DNA of 64,000 nucleotides, from positions 30,752,001-30,816,000 of the forward strand of contig OZ024761.1 of the NCBI GenBank assembly GCA_964016885.1, written 5' to 3'. This document shows, one piece after another, positions 55,709 to 64,000 of this stretch; the first letter of the stretch is position 1, and each line of letters begins with the position of its first letter. Origin of the DNA: Eledone cirrhosa. Taxonomy: Eukaryota. Both the position numbers and the translations under genes were made by a program. The notes beneath the pieces were generated by a model. It searched no databases, was not told where the DNA came from, and saw nothing but the letters and a program-made list of their open reading frames with translations.

Positions 55709-58379
55709 TATTGTGTACTTCGCAAGAAGGGAAGCAGAGGAAAGAAAGTTCAAGCATGTTCTACAACGCGAGGACCAAAAGCGCGAGGTGTTCAAGATTG
55801 CTAGGCAATGTGTCAAGGAAAACTGTGATATTGTCGGGGAGAAGTGTGTACTTAATGATGATGGTGTACTTGCCATCACTGACGCTGATAAGAAGGTAGC
55901 TTGGAAGTGTTACTATGAAAGGCTACTAAATGAGGAGAATAAATGGGAGAAAGACAGTCTTCCCCACATCGACACAATAGAGGGACCAGCAGTGTTAGTC
56001 GAAGGTAGTATAATAAGTAAGGCAATCAAAGATATGAAGACGGGTAAGGCGGCTGGGCCTTCGGAAATAGTTGCTGAAATGATGAAAGCTTCTGGAACGG
56101 TGGGACACACCATGGTTACCCGGATAGAAAAACCAAGTCATACAGAATGGGGTTGTTCCGAAGGACTGGCGTAGCAGCATCCTCATTAACTGCTACAAGG
56201 GTAAAGGAGATGCCCTAGATAGGAGTAACTATAGAGGCATTAAATTAATCGACCAGGTCATGAAGGTCACAGAAAAAGTAATAGCGCAACTAATCAGAGA
56301 GAGAATTGATCTAGATGAAATGCAGTTCGGGTTTGTGTCAGGCAAAAGTACCACAGACGCTCTTTTCATTGTATGACAACTACAGGAAAAGTACCTAGCT
56401 AAAAGTAAACCCCTATACTTAGCTTTTGTCGACTTGGAGAAAGCCTTCGACAGAGTCCCCCGTTCCATTATCTGGTGGGCTCTTAGAAAACTAGATGTTG
56501 ATGAATGGCTTGTGAGAGCTATACAAGCCATGTATAAAGAAACAGTGAGCAAGGTTAGAATTAACAACGAATATAGTGAAGAGTTTAGCGTAAAAGTTGG
56601 TGTTCATCAGGGCTCCGTTCTTAGTCCCCTTCTATTTATTATCGCCCTTCAGGCTATAACAGTGGAGTTCAAGACCAGCTGCCCATGGGAACTCCTATAC
56701 GCAAATGATCTAATGCTCATAGCTGAATCAATGGCCGAACTAGAGAAGAAATTCCAAACATGGAAGCACGGCCTAGAATCAAAAGGCCTTAAAATTAACC
56801 TGTCTAAGACTAAAGTTCTAGTTTGTAGGAAGGAAAATAGGGCGCCGGTCCCAATCCGGGAAATGGCCATGCTTAGTGTGTAGGAAAGGAGTAAGTAGAA
56901 ACTCCATTTTATGTCCCAAATGCAAAGTATGGGTGCATAAAAGATGTAGTGGTAAGCTAACTAAGAACATAGATTTTATATGTGGCCAGTGCTCTGGTGC
57001 CATAAGTAGCAGCAAGTGCCCACAGAATACTAGCTCATTCCATTGCACAGATGGTTCTATAGAAATAGTGGACAGCTTCCGTTACCTGGGTGACAAAATC
57101 AGCAGTGGGGGAGGGTGCTCTGAAAGTACAGTAGCTAGAGTCAGAACGGAATGGAAAAAGTTCAGAGAGCTTATACCACTATTAGCCGCTAAAGGGTTCT
57201 CCCTAAAAATGAAAGGCAGGCTGTATGATGCCTGCATACGAACAGCAATGTTGCATGGCAGTGGGACCTGGGCATTGTGTGCAGAGGATATACGCAGACT
57301 GGAGAGGAACGAAGCTTGCATGCTCTGCTGGATGTGTAATAGTAATATACGTGAACGGCAAAGCATAAGCGAGCTAAGGGAAAAATTAGAAATAAGAGGG
57401 ATCAGATGTTGTTTACTCGAGAGAAGACTATGTTGGTATGGTCACGTGATGCGCATGAAAGACGACAGCTGTATAAAAAAGTGCAGGGCAATAAAAATAG
57501 ACGGTAGCCACGGAGTAGGCAGACCCAGAAAAACCTGGGACGACTTGATAAATTCCGACCTCACACACTTACACCTCTCCAAGACAATGTCACTGGACCG
57601 AGATCTTTGGCGGCACTCAGTAATAGAGAAGACCCGCCTTACCTAAGTACAAAGTGAAACCTACTACAGTCAGTAGGCACCTCTAACAAAATACACCCCC
57701 CGTCCCACTACCCCCACCTCACCCACACCACCCCTTTCAATGTAAAGTTATGTTGGTACCACAACATCCAGCCCAAAACAAATGAGGTCGTGTAGGTGTC
57801 ACGACAAAAAAACACACAGTCCACGCTGTAATGTGGCCGTGTAGGTAACACGGTAAAAACCTCCCAGTTCCACACTGTAAATGTGGTTGGTGTTAGGAAG
57901 GGCATCCAGCCGTAGAAACCCGCCATACAGTCCTATGCGAGCAAGACAACCAATCTTGCCTCAAGTGGGAAAACACCCGTCCAAACCCATGCAAGCGTGG
58001 AATATGGACGTTAAACGATGATGACGATGATGATGATATATATATATATATATGTCCACTACCCCCACCCCATCCACACCACCCCTCTCGATGTAAAGTT
58101 ATGTTGGTACCACAACATCCAGTCCTAAATAAATGAGGTTGTGTAGGTGTCACGACAAAAAACACACAGTCCACGCTGTAATGTGGGCGTGTAGGTAACA
58201 CGGTAAAAATCTCCCAGTTCACACTGTAAACGTGGTTGGTGTTAGGAAGGGCATCCAACCGTAGAAAACCCGCCAGACAGTCCTATACGAGCAAGACAAC
58301 CAATCTTGCCTCAAGTGGGAAAATTCCCATCCAAACCCATGCAAGCGTGGAAGATGGACGTTAAACGATGATGATGATG
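55709..58379 (+). mobile_element. RTE-clade LINE, 5'-truncated and frameshifted (YANDL in place of YADD), with tandemly duplicated 3' UTR
   Basis: ORF pieces 55713-56174, 56434-56883 and 56876-57646 are near-identical to the 10976 copy; two (GAT)n tails. Confidence 0.95.
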
Positions 58380-58743
58380 TATGTATATAACATTAAACTT
58401 ATGCCAAAATCTCAATTTAGGTGAGTATAAGTTAGATCGACTAAAATAAGTTAGTCTAACTCATATAATCGTCTCCCTACCATGGTTTCTAGGATAAAGA
58501 AACAATATTAATTATTTCAAATCATTGGAACAACCAATATTGGAAGGACTTATTCTGTCATTAGGGGAGAAATTCTTTGGAACAAGAGGAGATATTAATC
58601 ATAAAGTATACAGACCATTTCGTAGCTGCACCCTCAGCTCCTTCCTTCTAAGCAAGATACTAATAAGACTTTGTTTTTTTTTGCATCTCCATCTTTGTCT
58701 TGTCATTTCTTAAACTACACACATATATGTATATATATATATA

Positions 58744-58789
<46 letters not shown>

Positions 58790-58866
58790 AAAGGAAATAA
58801 CAACACAATCGCTACAGTATGTGGAAGGGATATATTAGGTCAACGCTTGATAGAGCAGGAAGAGAG

Positions 58867-58902
58867 TCTTAACATTTCGGATGCTAGTCCTTCATCAGAA
58901 GA
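58867..58902 (-). ncRNA. Minimal type-I hammerhead motif (family E)
   Basis: TCTT-CTGATGA-A-GGA[ctagca]TCC-GAAA-TG-TT|AAGA; compact Penelope-type layout near a (TA)n/(GT)n tract. Confidence 0.7.
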
Positions 58903-59060
58903 AAGAATGAGAAATAAGATAGATTGAGGGGTTGGAATTAGAAAAACGTCTTTAGATAAAAATAACAGGTCCATTCATGTTGACATCTCTTGCAAAACTG
59001 TTGGTGCTGGCGTTTTGTGTATGATTTATTTTTTAGAAAAGTGGATGATGGAGATGTATG

Positions 59061-59091
<31 letters not shown>

Positions 59092-60831
59092 GTATGTATG
59101 TATGTATGTATGTATGTATGTATGTATGTATGTATGTATGTATGTATGTATGTAGGGTTATTGTAATTTGCTAAGTTTGTTTGGAAAACATTGTCTGGAA
59201 TATCAGTTCTTTGCAATTACATTTCATTAATATTCCTTACTTAATAACTACATTTCAAAACTATGACATGGTCTAACAAGTATGCGCCTAAGTGGTTATG
59301 CAACCTGTTAAAAATAGCAAACAAATCTCTCTCCACCCTCCCTGAAATCATATTGCTACTTTTTTTAACATAAGAAATATATCATCATCATCATCATCAT
59401 TCTTCCATGCTAGCATGGGTCAGACTGGTTGTCCTGTTGTGGGCAATGCCAGGTCAGGTGACCATGTCTTTCTCATACAGAACTGATTTTGGCTTGATTT
59501 CCACAGCTGGATGTCCTTTCCTAGTGCCAACCTCATTTACAGCCTCATTTATCTTAGTTTTAGATATGATATGCAACCTACTCCTCCTTCCATCCACCAC
59601 CACCACCACCACCACTTCCACCACTACTAAAAAGTAAATCAAATTGATCACAACAGGAACTCCTTTGATCAGAGAGGCCTGTTAGATCAGGACAAACCTT
59701 GTGCTAAAAAACAACCAAGTGTCTACAAAGATCCGTTTGAAGCAAATGTCAAATGTTTGCCAACTAAGAAAATTTTTCTTTTCTGTTTTCAAATGATAAG
59801 AAAGTATATGTTTCCTGATTGACGATAGTTTTTTATTTCCTGCATCTTTTGTTGTTGCTGTTGTTTTCTTCTGACTTATAAACAACTACTTTAACACAAT
59901 CACTCATTATTACATTGTTTTGACAAGGTATGAAATACTGTTTTTATCTCTGTCATCTTTATCATTATATATTATATTATTAAGCTTGAAATATTATAAT
60001 GTTGAGTGTTAGAGTAGTGCATTAATAGAATTGGTTGAGCACTGGATAAAATTCCATTATGGCATTTTTTCTGGCTCTTTACATTCTATGTTCAAATACT
60101 ACAAAGTTAATTTTGTCTTTCATCTTTCTGGGGTTGATTTGAACAACTTTACCTACCCCACAAAAAAAAAAAAAAATTTGTGCTAGCCCTTTGCCTTAAC
60201 CTTTTAATTTCCAATCTGGCCCAAACCAGCTCTAGTTAAAATCACCCATTTTAACTCTTTAGTATTTACATTACTCTATATTTACTATTGTATTTTCATG
60301 GTAAAGGCTTTACCTTACCTAATTATCTCACATAATATCGAATCTATGAGATTTTGATATTATTTATTTTGTTCCAACCTGCCATAGCTGGCCACTCATA
60401 AAGTCGGTATGAGTGGCCAGTTATGGCAGGTTGGTTAGTTTAAATGCTAAAGGGTTAAAGGTTTCTAATTTAAATTAAAATCTTCCAACATAATTTTATA
60501 TAAGAACTTTACATTAAGTTATTATCCTACTAATGAAATAATTAATAATTTTAGTAAATCCCTAAAAATTCTTCATTAATTAGTTACAATAGTAATAGTT
60601 CAAACCAGCCATAACTGGCCTCTCATACCCACATTAAGGTATTGTTTTCAAAATAAATAACATCAAAATCTTGTAAATTCATTATTATGTGAGATGATTA
60701 TGTGGTATAAAGCTGTGAAAATACAAAAGCTGTGAAAATACAATAGTAAATATAGAGTAATGTAAAAGCTAAAGGGTTAATCGACTTTCCTCTCCCCCAT
60801 AATTGCTGCCCTTGTGCCTAAACAAGAAACG

Positions 60832-60866
<35 letters not shown>

Positions 60867-63800
60867 CATTATTTAGTAACTCTATTTGTGTTGCATGCTT
60901 TGATCCCACAACTGAGCAATGTGCTTTGGGTATGTGCAATAGTTTAGCTTTGTTTTTGTATTTTCTATTGCATATGTAATATGTGTGCAGTTCCTAATAG
61001 AACAAAATGTATGTTGTACATATTTATGTCAGTCCTAGGGTTTGGGTTAGAAATTTGTCTCTATTTTTTAATTTTTAATCATACTCAAGGCACTTATTAA
61101 GTAGCAAACTTAGCAAAGTTGTTACGGGGAGAAGCACCGGCCAGACGAGTCTCAGAAATTGGAATAGACTTTTAAAATATGAAATCTAAGCTATTATACA
61201 ACGTTATGTTATTCTAAAGTCTATCTTAAGCCAGAAGGCTCATTTGGCCAGTGCTTATCCCGGTTTCATGGTGTGAAGCGACTGAGAGTACAAGACTCCC
61301 CCCCTGGACAGGACGCCAGTCCATCGCAGGGTTAAAGCCCCAGCTATTGCTAGTACTCATTTTATACTGGAGCAACGTGAAATGAAGTATTTTGCTCAAG
61401 AACACAAAACGCAACCCAGGAATCGAGCCCCTGACATTATGACCGTAAGTCCAACACCCTTACTATTAGGCCACGTGCCTCCACATTGTTATGTTATTCC
61501 ATGATATTATCTGCTGCTTTCAGAGCCCAGAAAACCAATGAAGTTGGACAACAGTCAGCCCTATTTAATGGCAGACATCCACTATGTTTTGGAACCCCAT
61601 CAAAAGCACCACATGCATCATTATAAACACAATGATCACCATCAAAAGAATGGTGTTAACTCAAACTTTGATGGATTACATCACTCACAAAAACACTGGT
61701 AAATACAAATAAACTTCTTCTTTTTCGCCCAATTATTTCTGAGAGGCTCATGGGGGCAAAGTCCTCAAACACTCCTTCCAGCGGGTCCTGTCAGAAGCAA
61801 CCATCTCCAACTGATCCACCTGGATCCCCAAGCGAGACAAGCCGAGCTCATGGATGTTATCCAACCATCTTGCTCAGGGTCTAACCCTTGGTTCTCTTGC
61901 CGATTGGTTTTGCCCATAAAATTTGTCCAGCGATGTTTCCCTCAGACATTCTAACCAATTATATATCACTGAAAGACTTAATAGATAGATAGTAACAAAT
62001 AGTTAGATATTAAAATAATATTTGTTCTTCATTAAGGCTTATTGAGAGTTAATTATTGGGTAATTTTCATAACTCCGATTTGTCTAATGATTTTTGTCGT
62101 TCCTGTAAATATTTTAGGTGTGAAATGGGATGGTTTTAACGATGACTGTTCCAGTAAGTCAATCAAGCAAACAGCTTCCTTGTGAAAATAACATGCAAGT
62201 CGCTGAACATTCTAACAAAACATGTAGCCTTAACATAACGGAAGATTCAGCATTATTCAATGTCTGACAAGGCTGGCCCTTTAAATTACAAGGTACAATC
62301 CATCTGATGAGCTTCTAAAGAGTTTCCATCTAGCCAATTTCTCTTAAAAAGTTTGGGTGTCTGTCTGTTGGCTTTGTACTTTTGTCATTCTATCTCCAGT
62401 GGAGAGTCATAGAATTTTATAGAAAGTGGTGGTGTAGGTGTCACGACAAAAAGCATCCAGCACACACTGTAAATGTGGTTGGCAATAGGAAGGGCATCCA
62501 GCTGTAGAAATCTAGCCAGAAACAGTTCTGTATGAGTAGGATATGGTCACCCGACCCAAATTACCTCAAATGGGACAACCCGTCTAACCCATGTTAGCGT
62601 GGAAAGTGGACATTATATGATGATGATGATGATGATGATGATGATAGAGAGAAAGTGACGTCCAAATGAGTATTGTCTGGGTCATGGCCGACAGGATGGA
62701 AAATACATTGCCCAAGAGGATGCTGAGGGAGATGCACTGGAACAGCCACACCACCTGGCGGGGTTCACCCCTGCGGGCAGCCAAATCCATTCCGATAGCA
62801 GTGAGTATGGATGTGGTTCAGGGGCCAAGAACACCAGAAGTCTCCACTGCTACAGGCTCTACCACAAACCTATCTGAGAGCAGCCGATACTTGGACAGTT
62901 AGCCTTCTTTGGCTTGGCGGGCAGCAAAGCCTGGGCTGGTAGCTGAATACACCAGGTTGCCACTTGAGTAGGTGTCACAGCATGTGGCATCTCAAATGAG
63001 AGACCTACCACAGCAAAATGGAAAGATTGTGATGCCGTCTGGCCTTTTGCCATCCCCCCAGTCCATGGTTTGACCTGAGAATATGGTAAAGGATACTTAG
63101 CCAAGATGAAACACAGAGGGATCAAACTATTGGTCAAATGATTGTGAAGTGGTCTCCTTAACCAATCAGCCATACTGTGTCCACATCACATCTATAAAAT
63201 GTCTATAAAATACACAAACCTGTGAAGCAAACTTCTTAACCATGTAGTAATACTAGAATTCATATTTTATATGACAAGGTTTTAAGGAAACTACTTACAC
63301 TCTCTTGAAATGCAATCTAAGTTTCATATTTACTCTCTTATTTAAATTAACATCTGTTTCACTTTGTTGTAGGTCCAGTTCAATATGGAACATTTTTGTA
63401 CTGTTTCTGATATGTGTGTGTGTCTTGCTGGTGTTGATTTTACTACTAACAAGTTCAGGTGGGTGTTTAAATACATTGATGCAACTATCCCACCACCACC
63501 ACCACTACCTCAATCCTGTGTCAGTATCAGAAATCATTACATTTGGCATAAAAATTAACCCTATTTTTGTTAACATATTTCTATTGAAACATACTTTTTA
63601 TTTTAAATAACAACTCATCTCTGACATGAATCCTCTCTTCGTAATGGATTTTTAAACCTGTAAATATTTGGGATAATTAAATTTGCTAAGGTAAAATTCT
63701 ATCGTTATCTTGACACCTTTAATTTTCAATGCATTGTATGGCTTTTAAACTTATTTAAATTCATATTTCCTATTCAATGTTGTCCATGGGACAGGCAATG

Positions 63801-64000
63801 GCCAATACAGATTGACACCAGTAACATTGCAACTCATTTCTAAAGCTGAGTGAACTGGAGTAACGCGAAATAAAGTGTCTTACTCAAGGACACAATGCAT
63901 TATCCAGTCCAATCCATTCACAACCTTACGATTACAAGCCTAATGCGCTAACCACAAAGTGATGCGCCTTCAAAGGACCCTTATTCTATACATATCTGTA

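Noticed and set aside
62660-63190. GC-richer segment with short ORFs
   Set aside because: Probably decayed LINE sequence; no family or gene could be supported

Overview
AT-rich, microsatellite-dense animal genomic DNA. The repeat content is consistent with a mollusc or cephalopod such as Octopus, but that is inference. Three spliced genes can be reconstructed by hand. (1) The last six exons of a GPI-anchored alkaline phosphatase on + (180-3090; 5' part outside the window). (2) A complete, near-identical inverted copy on - (10 exons, 50306->31009, 538 aa, one GC-AG intron). (3) Between them, a 4-exon, 196-aa secreted protein with 10 Cys and a stanniocalcin-like pattern (18796-26553, +), largely missed by the ORF track. 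The rest is mobile and repetitive DNA: RTE-clade LINEs with a PHD-type finger inside the RT ORF, a deleted Gypsy element, L1/Tx1 and R4 scraps, tRNA-derived SINEs, piggyBac and Tc1 MITEs, and several minisatellites. The most striking unannotated signal is about 13 loci with type-I hammerhead-ribozyme motifs from several sequence families. Many lie in long foldback palindromes beside (TA)n tracts, and stem covariation is visible between copies. They are probably non-autonomous Penelope-like or retrozyme-type elements.
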